From Acidilobaceae archaeon (GTDB lineage Archaea > Thermoproteota > Thermoprotei_A > Sulfolobales > Acidilobaceae): DNA of 64,000 nucleotides. Made by a program: the position numbers and the translations under genes. This document shows, one piece after another, positions 50,042 through 59,738 of the stretch. The notes beneath the pieces are model-generated. The model was not told where the DNA came from. It searched no databases and saw only the letters and a program-made list of their open reading frames with translations. The stretch is from positions 224,001 to 288,000 of the forward strand of contig JAWBBK010000001.1 of the NCBI GenBank assembly GCA_038824665.1, written 5' to 3'. Position 1 is the first letter of the stretch, and the number at the start of each line of letters is the position of its first letter.

Positions 50042-50953
50042 TCAACTCCTAGCGGATAGAGTTCTATACCTCGGGTCAAGTAGATCTCTTAGCTTCTCTC
50101 CTAGAACGTTGATGCTGAAGACCAACAAGAATATAGCGAGGCCTGGGAAGACTATAGTGTGAGGAGCGACCCTCATATAGGCTCTGGCCTCTGCCATCAT
50201 CAAGCCCCAGCTCGGAGTTGGAGGTTGAACGCCGAGTCCCAGGAAGCTCAAAGCTGCTTCCCAGAGAATGGCTGACGATGAGGTGAAGGTAGCCTGAACT
50301 AAGAGAGGACCAGCTATATTGGGTAGCACATGTCTAGTCAGTATTCTGATGCGACTTGCTCCTATAGCTCTCGCTGCCTCTACGTACAAATTCTCTTTCT
50401 CGACAGCTACTAGACCTCTTGAGAGCCTGGCGAAGACCGGAGCCTCCGCTACCCCTATCGCTATAATTACGCTTTCGAGACCTGGTCCGAGGACTGTGAC
50501 TATGGCTAACGCTAACAACACTGCTGGAAAGCTCATGAGAGCATCGACTACTCTCGAGACCAAGAGATCAACATAGCCTCCTATGTATCCAGCTAAGAGG
50601 CCTACAGTAGTTCCTAAGACTACAGCTACGGTTACAGACGATAAGATCACAAAGACGGCTACTTTGGTTCCAAATAATATCCTTATTAGCATGTCTCTTC
50701 CCAAGTGGTCTGTGCCTAGTGGGTGCTTGAGACTTGGTAGCTGAAGCCTTTCAGCTAGATTTATGTTTGCATAAACGCTTTCTGAGACGACTCCAGCATA
50801 GAGAAGGACGGTGGTAGTGAGCGCTATAAGAAAGGTTCCACTCACGATGCAGAAAGCGATCAACGATGTTAGATCTTCTCTGAAATAGTTCAGAAGGCGG
50901 ATATTGACGTGGAAGACGTGAGAGAGTCCTTTAAAGTGAGTCCAGCGCTTCAT
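50042..50953 (-). CDS. Peptide/nickel ABC transporter permease (DppC/OppC)
   Basis: HPLGTDHLGRD, EAA loop (YVEAARAIGAS), LSFLGLG, SWG. Confidence 0.95.
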   Translation of the reverse strand: MKRWTHFKGLSHVFHVNIRLLNYFREDLTSLIAFCIVSGTFLIALTTTVLLYAGVVSESVYANINLAERLQLPSLKHPLGTDHLGRDMLIRILFGTKVAVFVILSSVTVAVVLGTTVGLLAGYIGGYVDLLVSRVVDALMSFPAVLLALAIVTVLGPGLESVIIAIGVAEAPVFARLSRGLVAVEKENLYVEAARAIGASRIRILTRHVLPNIAGPLLVQATFTSSSAILWEAALSFLGLGVQPPTPSWGLMMAEARAYMRVAPHTIVFPGLAIFLLVFSINVLGEKLRDLLDPRYRTLSARS

Positions 50954-50959
50954 TGCTTT

Positions 50960-51895
50960 TCACGCTTTGACTTTTTCGAGCTTCACTCTAGGGTCTACTA
51001 AGTAGTATAAGATGTCTATCAGCAGGTTTACAGTCATCACTACTATGGCTACAAACAATATGCCTCCGAAGACTACAGGGTAGTCTCTCGCTAGTATGGC
51101 GTCATAGATCATAGAGCCTATACCGGGGTACTTGAATACGGTTTCTGTGATAACAGCTCCGCCCATCAAGATCCCGAACCTGAGTCCGATTATGGTTATG
51201 ATGGGAACTATGGCGTTTCTCATTATGTAACCTAAAATCACTTTGAACTCGCTGAGCCCTCTGGCTCTAGCAGCGATCACGTAGTCTTGCGTTGCAGTCT
51301 CGAGCATTGAGGCTCTCGACACCCTAGCTATCATTCCGAAGTTGACAACACCTAGCGTGATTGCAGGCAGTATTAGGTGTTTGAGCCCTCCTCTCTCTCC
51401 TGGAGGCAGTAGTTGTAGATAGACAGCGAATATGAGGATAAGGACGAGGCCCCACCAAAAAACAGGGATCGAGTAACTAGCTACACTAAGTACTCTGATC
51501 GTTTTATCGATCAACGAGTTTGGCTTTCCTACGCTAATCAAAGCCATTGAGAGCCCTACAACGGTAGCTATCACTATGCTAGCTACAGTCAGCTCTAGCG
51601 TTGCCTGAAACCTTCTCAACACTAGTTGTAGAACAGGCTCACCTGTTCCTACAGACTTACCCCAATCTCCTTGAAGTACTCTCATAACGTAGAGGACGTA
51701 TTGAGCCAACAGAGGTCTGTCGAGACCTAATTTCTTCTCCAACTCCTCTCTGACTTCAGGTGGAGGGTCGAACTCTCCATACATAACTCTTATAGGGTCG
51801 CCAGGAAGAGCTCTCATCAAAATGAAGACTACGAGAAGTATGATCAGGAGTGTGGGTACATAGAGAAAAAGCCTGTAGAAGACGTATCTCAACAT
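50960..51895 (-). CDS. Peptide/nickel ABC transporter permease (DppB/OppB)
   Basis: LPGDP, GLDRP, QDYVIAARARGL, ETVFKYPGIG, RDYPVV. Confidence 0.95.
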   Translation of the reverse strand: MLRYVFYRLFLYVPTLLIILLVVFILMRALPGDPIRVMYGEFDPPPEVREELEKKLGLDRPLLAQYVLYVMRVLQGDWGKSVGTGEPVLQLVLRRFQATLELTVASIVIATVVGLSMALISVGKPNSLIDKTIRVLSVASYSIPVFWWGLVLILIFAVYLQLLPPGERGGLKHLILPAITLGVVNFGMIARVSRASMLETATQDYVIAARARGLSEFKVILGYIMRNAIVPIITIIGLRFGILMGGAVITETVFKYPGIGSMIYDAILARDYPVVFGGILFVAIVVMTVNLLIDILYYLVDPRVKLEKVKA

Positions 51896-51913
51896 TTTTG
51901 ATTACCGCAACGG

Positions 51914-53518
51914 CTACCTGCTCTCTTCTTTTATCATAGTGTACGTAAGTATCCATCTTTCGATCGGCTGAATCTCAAAGCCTACGAGATTAGGCTTGGA
52001 GGCTACTATTATGTCTTCATAGTGTAAGAATATCCAAGGAGCGTCCTGCCATATGAGCCTTTGGGCTTCTGCGTAAAGCTGAGCTCTCTTAGTCAGGTCG
52101 GTCTCTGCTCTAGCGTTGTCGAGGAGTTTGTCGACTTCTGAGTTGCTATACTGCATTCTATTGAACGGAGCTCCCGTTCTGAAGAGAGAGTATAAACCGT
52201 AGTCTGCGTCTAACGTCACAGTAGACCAACCTAGTAGGAACAGGTCAAAGTCTTTCTGAGTGGTGACTCTAGATATGTACGCAGCCCACTCCATCACTTC
52301 AAGTTTGACTCTCAAACCAACAGCCTCAAGATAAGCCTTCACGGCTTCAGCTATCTCTCTGTCTTTTAGATATCTGCCTTGAGGTGTGATGAAGATGAGT
52401 TCTTTACCTTCCCATCCCGCTGCTCTAATCAGTTCACGAGCTTTAGTCGGATCGTATGAGTATGGGGTTTGTCTCGAGTAGCCGAAGACAGAGGGATGTA
52501 TGGGAGCAGTGGCTACGCTCCCAGCGCCTTCTAATATGTGCCTCACAATGGCCTCTTTGTCTATGGCTAGATTGAGAGCTTGTCTCACTCTAACGTCAGG
52601 GATCCTCTCAACGTTGAGTCCTATGTATATCACTCTAACGCTTGGCATTTGAACGATTTGAAGACCTCTGTTTCTGAGTTGTCCTAAGTACTGAGGCGGA
52701 ACGTGGGTTATAATGTCCACAGTACCGGCCTCTAAGAATGATACTCTTGTTGAGTCGTCAGGAATAGGTATCCACTCGATCCTTCTTACAGTAGGCTTGG
52801 GACCCCAGTAGTTCGCAAAGGCTTCGAGAACGGTTCTTTCTCCCTTTTTGTACTCGACGAATCTGTAAGGCCCTGTGCCTATGATGTAGTCAATGCTGTC
52901 TATAGGCGTGTTAGGGAAGCGCTCAGCGACCCAGGCTGGAATTATGGCTGTAGACGGGTGGGAGAGATGAGCTATCATAGGACCGAACGGGTACTTCAGG
53001 ATCAGTCTGAAGGTCAGTTCATCAACTACCTGAACTTCTTTCACAAACTCTAGCAGAATCCTTGGAAGGCTCCCTACTCGAGGACCTCTCTCAAAACTGG
53101 CTTTTACGTCATGTGCTGTGAGGGGCTTTCCGTCGTGAAACTTAACTCCTGACTTAAGCCTGAACTCCCAAACGGTATCGTTAACCTTAGTGTACGACTC
53201 TACCAGATGTGGAACAAAAGTAGGAGTTCCTCTCTCGTCGAACTTGACTCTAAACAGAGTTTCGTAAACGTGTCCAAAGACGGATAGCGTTGGTGCATCG
53301 GTAGCTGCCTGGACATCTATTGTAGAGAGGTCAGCTCTTTGAGAGATCCTGAGCACATCTATTTCCTTGAAGGTCACAAGGACTTCTTCTTCGAGAGGTG
53401 GTCTCTCTGTAACGGGAGTCTCTTCAGGAGCTCGTAGAAACATGAGATAGCCTGCAGCTCCTATGAGGACAATGAGGACCAAAGCTAAGGCTACATATAT
53501 AGTTTTTGAGTCTCTCAC
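51914..53518 (-). CDS. Peptide ABC transporter substrate-binding protein (SBP family 5)
   Basis: N-terminal TM anchor, VKFHDG.PLTAHDV, IGTGPY, VRQALNLAID. Confidence 0.93.
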   Translation of the reverse strand: MRDSKTIYVALALVLIVLIGAAGYLMFLRAPEETPVTERPPLEEEVLVTFKEIDVLRISQRADLSTIDVQAATDAPTLSVFGHVYETLFRVKFDERGTPTFVPHLVESYTKVNDTVWEFRLKSGVKFHDGKPLTAHDVKASFERGPRVGSLPRILLEFVKEVQVVDELTFRLILKYPFGPMIAHLSHPSTAIIPAWVAERFPNTPIDSIDYIIGTGPYRFVEYKKGERTVLEAFANYWGPKPTVRRIEWIPIPDDSTRVSFLEAGTVDIITHVPPQYLGQLRNRGLQIVQMPSVRVIYIGLNVERIPDVRVRQALNLAIDKEAIVRHILEGAGSVATAPIHPSVFGYSRQTPYSYDPTKARELIRAAGWEGKELIFITPQGRYLKDREIAEAVKAYLEAVGLRVKLEVMEWAAYISRVTTQKDFDLFLLGWSTVTLDADYGLYSLFRTGAPFNRMQYSNSEVDKLLDNARAETDLTKRAQLYAEAQRLIWQDAPWIFLHYEDIIVASKPNLVGFEIQPIERWILTYTMIKEESR

Positions 53519-53679
53519 TATAATCTCACCCTTAGCTATCTTTAGAGTTAGTTATTTCAACAATCCTTTTATATTTTAATATGTGATCTCAGCGCATAGA
53601 AGAGCGCGATAAGCCTATCGCCCTCTTTTTCAGACGGAGAGCAGGTCGTAAAACGTTAAACGACTTCGCTTTTGGACCC

Positions 53680-56600
53680 TTAGCGCTTTAGACGCCTCCT
53701 TCTAGGAGATCTCAACTTGAGGCGTAGAACGACTTGTAGAGAGTTCTCTACAACACGATTAAGTCCAAGGCCTTCTTCGTAGAGCGCGATTATAGCCGTT
53801 CTACCTGGTTCTACTTTGATATCCGCTTCTTGTCTTAGAGTTCTCACTTTAATCGTGTTCGGATATACGTATCCTCTGTTTTCGAACTCCTCTATTACTT
53901 TTTTAAACGACCTCGATAGTCTTTGGGCCATCCCTTTCTCTGTGTACACCACAACGTCTGCTGGAGAAGTTCGTGAGTCTAGAAGCGCTACTAAGATGCC
54001 GTAGGCCAAAGCTCTAGCGATTAAAGCAGGACTAGGACTCTTGACCAGAGCTTCAACCAAGACTCTTCGCTGTCCTTCTTTCTTTACATAAATGCCTCTA
54101 GCTACAGCTAGTCTCAGCGCTTCTCTTATCATTTCTTCAACTACCTTCTCTTCGAAGCTAGAACCACCTATTTCAAAGTATTCGACCACGACATCGCGAG
54201 CTCTAGTCTCTCCCTCTCTGACCAAGAGTTCAGCTAATCTGAAGGCGGCTATCAGCTTCGCAAGACTCTCGTATCTGAGCGCTCTGACAGTCGAGAGCAA
54301 GACGTCCTTCCACTCTTTTCTACGTTTAATCTCAACAAAACAGTATCTGTCAAATTCTCCAGAACTCTCGAAGTCTTCGCTCACGTACACCCTCTTACCG
54401 AAGCCTCTTGCGATCACATATCCCTCCTCCTTTTCTAGAGCAACACCAGTAACTATCTCGTAGTCAGCGAGCCCCGCTAGAGAGAGCACGTGTAGAGACT
54501 TCTCTAGCTCTTCCTCGCTTATCCGGACCTCAAACCTCTTTTCCAGCTCTCCCATCAGCTCAGAGACTCTAAAAGCTAGTCGCTCTGATCTAAGCTCTTC
54601 CGAAACCTCGACCAACGTTTTCCACAAGCTCTCGACTACTCTAAACCTTGGTTGTTGTCTCCAAACCATGGAGAGCCTCTTTCGGAATTCAGAACGTCCT
54701 GAATGTATCAATACGCAACGAGCTTCTTTACCGTCGCGTCCTCCTCGTCCAACTTCCTGATAGTAATCCTCTATGCTTTCGCTCATCATGTAATGTACAA
54801 CCCATCTGATGTAGGGTATGTCGACTCCCATTCCGAAAGCCTTAGTGGCCACGATTATTCGTGGAGATTTCCTCTCTCCTTTGACAACAGAACGGATCAA
54901 CTCAAGAGCTTCGCTTCTCTCTCGTTTTGACATTTGACCATGATATACTAGCGTCTCTTCCTTTAAGGTCTCCTTTATACGACGCGCTATTTCTTCTGCG
55001 CTCTCTTCCTCTCTAGAAGGTTTTACATAGGGAACGAAGACTACGCCTATCCAAGGACCTCCGCTATGCTTGTCAGCCCAATCTCTCAGCTCAGCTATGA
55101 CTTCAAGAAGAGCTTCAAGCTTTTTTGAAGAAGGAACTTTGATAGCCTCTAATCTCAAGTTTCTTCTCGTCACAGCGCTCCTGACGACCTTAGGCTTCCC
55201 ACTTAAGGAAATAGGTTCTACAAAGACCTCTCTGCCCTCTACGATCTCGAATTCTGAGATATCAAGTTCTTGAGCCAGCTTCTTCAGCTCTCCTTCAGAC
55301 AGAGTGGCAGTAAAGGTAGCTATTGGAAGCCATCGCTTTTCAGCTCTAGCCTTTCTGATGAAGGAGAGCGCGTTTGCATAAGCAGGTCTGAAAGTGTAAC
55401 CCCAGCGTATAGCACAATGTACTTCGTCTAGGATGATGTAACTGACCAGTCCCTTCTCTATCAGCCTTCTGGTTTCTTTCTTCTCGACTTGTTCTGGGGT
55501 AGCGTAAACGATCTCGACCTCGCCAGCAACGGCTTTTGCTAAACACTCAAGCCTCTCAGCTGGAGTCACATAACCGTCAAGTCTACAAGCCTTCACACCA
55601 GCTTTCTCTAGAGCCGTTATCTGATCTTCTATGAGAGCTATAAGAGGAGATACGACAAGAGCAGGTCTTCCAGTGGCTTTGTGTAAAGCCAGAGCAACGC
55701 TTTGAAATATCAGCGACTTTCCTGCTCCAGTGGGGAGGAGAGCGATCACAGCGGGCTTCTCGTAGCTGTAGCCTCTTACGTATGGCTCGAGCATGTAGAG
55801 AGCTATCCTCTTCTGATAGGGTCTAAGCTCTAATCCCCACTTCTCTTTCGCTATTTTCTCAACAGTATCCAGAGCTCTGTGCTGGTTCTCGAACACGAAG
55901 AGTCCTTTCGGCTTTCCGATGTCTTCAGGTTCGACACTCAGCTCCTTAAAGGAGAGACCTTGGGAGAGCTCGCTCCATCCGCTGACGACTATCAGAGGGC
56001 CTCTTGATGCTTCAGCTAACGCTAAGACTGTTTGTCTTAAACTAACTTTTAGGTCTGTAGACAGCTTTTTCAGATCTTCAGTTGTAGGCACTATGACTTT
56101 AGAACACTCAAAAACATCTTCCAGCTTTTCAACTGTTCTTAGACCTAAGGAGAAACTCATTAGTCTAGAGGCTGAGGTAGTAGCGAAGACGCAGGCATTA
56201 GAGTCTGCTAAAGACAGAACGAATCCAAACACTCTGCTCATGTCTAAGAGACTAAGGTTCTCAGCTCCCTTAATCACGTAGATAGGCTCGACGGATGTAG
56301 TAAGGACCTCAGCGTAGTGAGGAACATTTTTCACGTCGGCCACAGAGATCCACAACCTCTTTGAGACTCTCCACAAACTGGAGAGGAGTTCCTCCAGTTC
56401 TAGTCCCGCTAGAGAAGCGCATGAGTGAGCGGACTCGACGAAAACTACATTCAGTTTCCTGTTCTGAGTCTCCAGAGCTTTAACCAAGTCTATAACGTCT
56501 TTACAGTAAACGGCGAAGGGAAGAGCGGCTTCGGTGTGTTTCATTAGTTTCTCCAAGAGGGTCAAGCGTTCGTTAAAGCCTGAGAGGACGGAAAGAGAAT

Positions 56601-57546
56601 TGAAAACTTCCCTTTCGCTACATGCACCTCGAGCTATCGCTGAGCGGAAGAAGGCTTTGACTCCTCCAGGGAGTTCCAAAACGTAATCGAAAGAGGGAGA
56701 CAGCTTGCGAGAAGTCCAGACTCTTGGACTACAGCTGTTAATCCTACGGGGAGTCAAAAACACATCTATGCCTTCGGGTAACGCGGGGTCTGCTAGCTTA
56801 TAGGGAGCCTCTGAGAACTGTTCGCATAGATTCTCTACTCCATTGAGTTCTCGTATAGACTTCGAGACCTCTTTACAAGACCCCAAGGAGGAGAGCACTC
56901 CAATGAGTTTAAGGGATGAGAGCAGAAGAGCATTAGCTCGGCTACTAGGAGCTTCATCATACGGTATGCTTAGAAGCGTCGATAATCTGCTAAGAGAGTA
57001 GCTAGGCTCTCCTGGAAGTGTTAGAACGGCTAGGTCGAGAAGGCTTACTAACTTCGTTCCTTTTGAGATGACGAGATCAACAAGTTCTCGAGGAGCAGAC
57101 CTAGCGTTGTAGAACACAGTTACCTCAGGCTTGAAGTGCTCGAAGAGTTCTTGAAGAGAGCTAGGATGGACATCGAAGGAGGTCACAGCTCCTTCTCTGG
57201 ACAGCATCGAGATCCCACAGAGGTGAGGCCACTCTTCATGGTCTATAGCTACAGCTCTAGCTCCAGACCTCGCTACAGAACATAGAGCATGGAATCCGAC
57301 GGAGCACATATCGATAGCGGTACTGAAAAGCCCAAGTCTGATGAGCTTTTCAACAGCGTAGGTCTCAACAACAAGAGGGTTCAAGAAGAGCTTGAACAAA
57401 GTTGACTGAGTATGTCTAAGAACTTTTTTCTCGTCTGGCTCATCTTTAGAGTCCTTCAAGATTTTGCTTACCGCAAGAGCTGTCGTTGCTTCTCGAGCTA
57501 GAGCGATCAGACCCGTTAGCGCTATACCGAACAGTAGGGTTTCCAA
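53680..57546 (-). CDS. Large multidomain RecQ-family DNA helicase
   Basis: RecQ core: LRPYQ, PTGAGKS, SPLIALIEDQ, ATPE, DEVHC..WG..FRPAY, TAT, YHG, AFGMGVD, YYQEVGRGGRDG; long N- and C-terminal extensions. Confidence 0.9.
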   Translation of the reverse strand: METLLFGIALTGLIALAREATTALAVSKILKDSKDEPDEKKVLRHTQSTLFKLFLNPLVVETYAVEKLIRLGLFSTAIDMCSVGFHALCSVARSGARAVAIDHEEWPHLCGISMLSREGAVTSFDVHPSSLQELFEHFKPEVTVFYNARSAPRELVDLVISKGTKLVSLLDLAVLTLPGEPSYSLSRLSTLLSIPYDEAPSSRANALLLSSLKLIGVLSSLGSCKEVSKSIRELNGVENLCEQFSEAPYKLADPALPEGIDVFLTPRRINSCSPRVWTSRKLSPSFDYVLELPGGVKAFFRSAIARGACSEREVFNSLSVLSGFNERLTLLEKLMKHTEAALPFAVYCKDVIDLVKALETQNRKLNVVFVESAHSCASLAGLELEELLSSLWRVSKRLWISVADVKNVPHYAEVLTTSVEPIYVIKGAENLSLLDMSRVFGFVLSLADSNACVFATTSASRLMSFSLGLRTVEKLEDVFECSKVIVPTTEDLKKLSTDLKVSLRQTVLALAEASRGPLIVVSGWSELSQGLSFKELSVEPEDIGKPKGLFVFENQHRALDTVEKIAKEKWGLELRPYQKRIALYMLEPYVRGYSYEKPAVIALLPTGAGKSLIFQSVALALHKATGRPALVVSPLIALIEDQITALEKAGVKACRLDGYVTPAERLECLAKAVAGEVEIVYATPEQVEKKETRRLIEKGLVSYIILDEVHCAIRWGYTFRPAYANALSFIRKARAEKRWLPIATFTATLSEGELKKLAQELDISEFEIVEGREVFVEPISLSGKPKVVRSAVTRRNLRLEAIKVPSSKKLEALLEVIAELRDWADKHSGGPWIGVVFVPYVKPSREEESAEEIARRIKETLKEETLVYHGQMSKRERSEALELIRSVVKGERKSPRIIVATKAFGMGVDIPYIRWVVHYMMSESIEDYYQEVGRGGRDGKEARCVLIHSGRSEFRKRLSMVWRQQPRFRVVESLWKTLVEVSEELRSERLAFRVSELMGELEKRFEVRISEEELEKSLHVLSLAGLADYEIVTGVALEKEEGYVIARGFGKRVYVSEDFESSGEFDRYCFVEIKRRKEWKDVLLSTVRALRYESLAKLIAAFRLAELLVREGETRARDVVVEYFEIGGSSFEEKVVEEMIREALRLAVARGIYVKKEGQRRVLVEALVKSPSPALIARALAYGILVALLDSRTSPADVVVYTEKGMAQRLSRSFKKVIEEFENRGYVYPNTIKVRTLRQEADIKVEPGRTAIIALYEEGLGLNRVVENSLQVVLRLKLRSPRRRRLKR

Positions 57547-57685
57547 GACTTCCTCCTTCCCGATTTGCCTCTTTGAGGGAGAGGTTTAGAGGTGGAGACT
57601 CAGCATCGATAAGCGAAACGCTGTTCAGTCTCCAGACGCTAGCTAGATGTGAAGAAGCTTTAGGAGTACATGAGAATGATAGTGA

Positions 57686-58219
57686 GTGTTCAAGTTGCAG
57701 GTCTACACGCTAGGCTATGGGGGTAGATCGCTCGAAGAGTTCATCAACATATTGAAACGCCTTAAGGTAGAAGCTGTCATAGATGTTCGCAGATGGAACG
57801 TCTCTCGTAGACTACCCGATTTCTCTGGCAGGTCGCTCGCTGAGGCTTTGAATAGAAGCGGTATCGAGTACTTTTGGATACCGGAGTTAGGCGGCTATAG
57901 GAGGTTCGGCGTAGATGTAGAAGACCACGGTATAGCTAAATGTTTTAAATCAGCAGGCTTTAGGGCATACGCTACGTACATAACGATGAACTCAGCTGTA
58001 AAACCCTATCTTGAAAAGCTTGTTCACATAGCTTCCGGTTCAGTATCTATGCTTCTTTGTCGAGAGAAGTACCCTTGGTTATGTCATCGTAAAATACTAT
58101 CTGACTATTTATATGCAAAAGGCTTCAAGGTTCTACATGTAATCGATATAGATGACGTCTTTGAACACAGACTCAGCAAATGTGCAGTAGTCGTTAATGG
58201 AGAGCTTAGATACGTTTAA
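57686..58219 (+). CDS. DUF488 family protein
   Basis: YTLGYGGRS, IDVRR, PELGG, LLCRE..PW.CHR. Confidence 0.9.
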   Translation: MFKLQVYTLGYGGRSLEEFINILKRLKVEAVIDVRRWNVSRRLPDFSGRSLAEALNRSGIEYFWIPELGGYRRFGVDVEDHGIAKCFKSAGFRAYATYITMNSAVKPYLEKLVHIASGSVSMLLCREKYPWLCHRKILSDYLYAKGFKVLHVIDIDDVFEHRLSKCAVVVNGELRYV

Positions 58220-58658
58220 GCAGAGCGTTATAATCATCGCTATCCTTAGGCTAAGCTATCGACTCTGTAACCTCAAGACTTCCTATCTCATTTTAGACGA
58301 CTTCCAGCTTAGAGAGCTAAAGACTCAATACCATAGACTTCGTTACGTTCAGACCGATAAGCCCGTCGCTATCTAGTACTTCAAACTCCTTTTTCCTTTA
58401 TAATTGATCTTAACTGTTTCAGAGCAGAAGTTAGTCTTTAGTCAAACGTTATTTCGGTCTATCGGTAACTAAAAGAGTCTTTATCATAGTGAATTATTGT
58501 TATGAGAACGCTCTCGTGACTTAGGAGCTGATTCTTGTAGTCTAGACCGAATAATCCTTTAGCTACGCTGACCATAATTCTCAGAATTCGTCTCTACAAC
58601 CTTATATCAGTTGACTGCATCTATTAAGTCTCCTGACTTCAAGCCACTGGGGCAGAGC

Positions 58659-59735
58659 TTGGAGTACAGGGTTTCTGAAAACGAACATCAGATAGACCTT
58701 CCGAAAAGGATCGTGGTGGGTAAGGGCATTCTAGAGAGAGCGGGATCTTATTTCACTGAGGTGTTCGGGAAGAGAGGTCTAGGCGTTCTCGTCGTCACGG
58801 GACCTAACGTTAAGACGTCTCTCTACCCGGTCCTCAAGCAAGCTCTTGAAGACGAGGGGCTTAGCGTCTGGGATGCTGTTGTCAGTGAGGCAAGTCTAGA
58901 TGTAGCAATGAGTGTGCTTCAAGAAATCGATAGCTCTATCGACGTAATCATTGGGTTTGGAGGAGGCAAGTCTATAGACGTAGCCAAATACTCAGCCAAG
59001 CTCTCTAAAAGACCTTTCGTCAGCGTGCCAACGACTACGAGTCACGATGGGATAGCTTCTCCTTACGCTAGTCTCAAAGGCTTTGAGAGACCGCTCTCTA
59101 AACCAGCCAAACCTCCAGATTTGATAATGGTTGACTTAGAGGCAGTCCTCAGAGCTCCTAGAAGGTATAACGTAGCTGGCTTCGGGGATCTAGTGGGCAA
59201 ATTGACAGCAGTAAGGGACTGGAGGTTAGCAAGCTTACTGAAGGGAGAATATTATGGAGAGTACTCAGCTACTATATCTCTGACTAGCGCTAAGCACGCT
59301 ATGAACAAGTACAGAGAGCTCGCTAACAACACAGTAGAGGGCTTCAAGGTCCTAGTAGAAGGGCTTATAAGTAGCGGTATAGCTATGTGTATAGCTGGGA
59401 GCTCTAGACCTGCCAGCGGCTCAGAGCACCTTATAGCTCACGCCATATCGCTAGTGTCTAAGAACCCTCCACTTCACGGAGAGGCAGTAGCCGTAGGAAC
59501 GGTGATAGCGGCAGGGCTTCATGGGATCAACTGGAGGAAAATCAAATCGGTTCTCAAAAGCGTTGGTCTTCCGACTACAGCTAAAGAGCTCGGGATAAGC
59601 GATGAGGAGCTCGTAGAGGCAATATCTATAGCTCCTACGATCAGACCCGAGAGATATACGATACTTGGAGACAAACAAATAGACCTAGAGGTAGCTCATA
59701 AGCTAGCGGCGAGAATGGAAGTAATCGAGGTCTAA
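58659..59735 (+). CDS. egsA: Glycerol-1-phosphate dehydrogenase [NAD(P)+]
   Basis: GGGKSIDVAK, PTTTSHDGIASP, SSRPASGSEHLIAH, LHGE, RPERYTIL. Confidence 0.95.
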   Translation: MEYRVSENEHQIDLPKRIVVGKGILERAGSYFTEVFGKRGLGVLVVTGPNVKTSLYPVLKQALEDEGLSVWDAVVSEASLDVAMSVLQEIDSSIDVIIGFGGGKSIDVAKYSAKLSKRPFVSVPTTTSHDGIASPYASLKGFERPLSKPAKPPDLIMVDLEAVLRAPRRYNVAGFGDLVGKLTAVRDWRLASLLKGEYYGEYSATISLTSAKHAMNKYRELANNTVEGFKVLVEGLISSGIAMCIAGSSRPASGSEHLIAHAISLVSKNPPLHGEAVAVGTVIAAGLHGINWRKIKSVLKSVGLPTTAKELGISDEELVEAISIAPTIRPERYTILGDKQIDLEVAHKLAARMEVIEV

Positions 59736-59738
59736 TCA

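Noticed and set aside
57649-57700. GTGAAGA...ATGA...ATGATAG C/D-like boxes upstream of DUF488
   Set aside because: No terminal D box.
58220-58610. Long intergenic region as a replication origin
   Set aside because: No ORB or mini-ORB-like repeats and no adjacent orc1/cdc6 or whiP gene.
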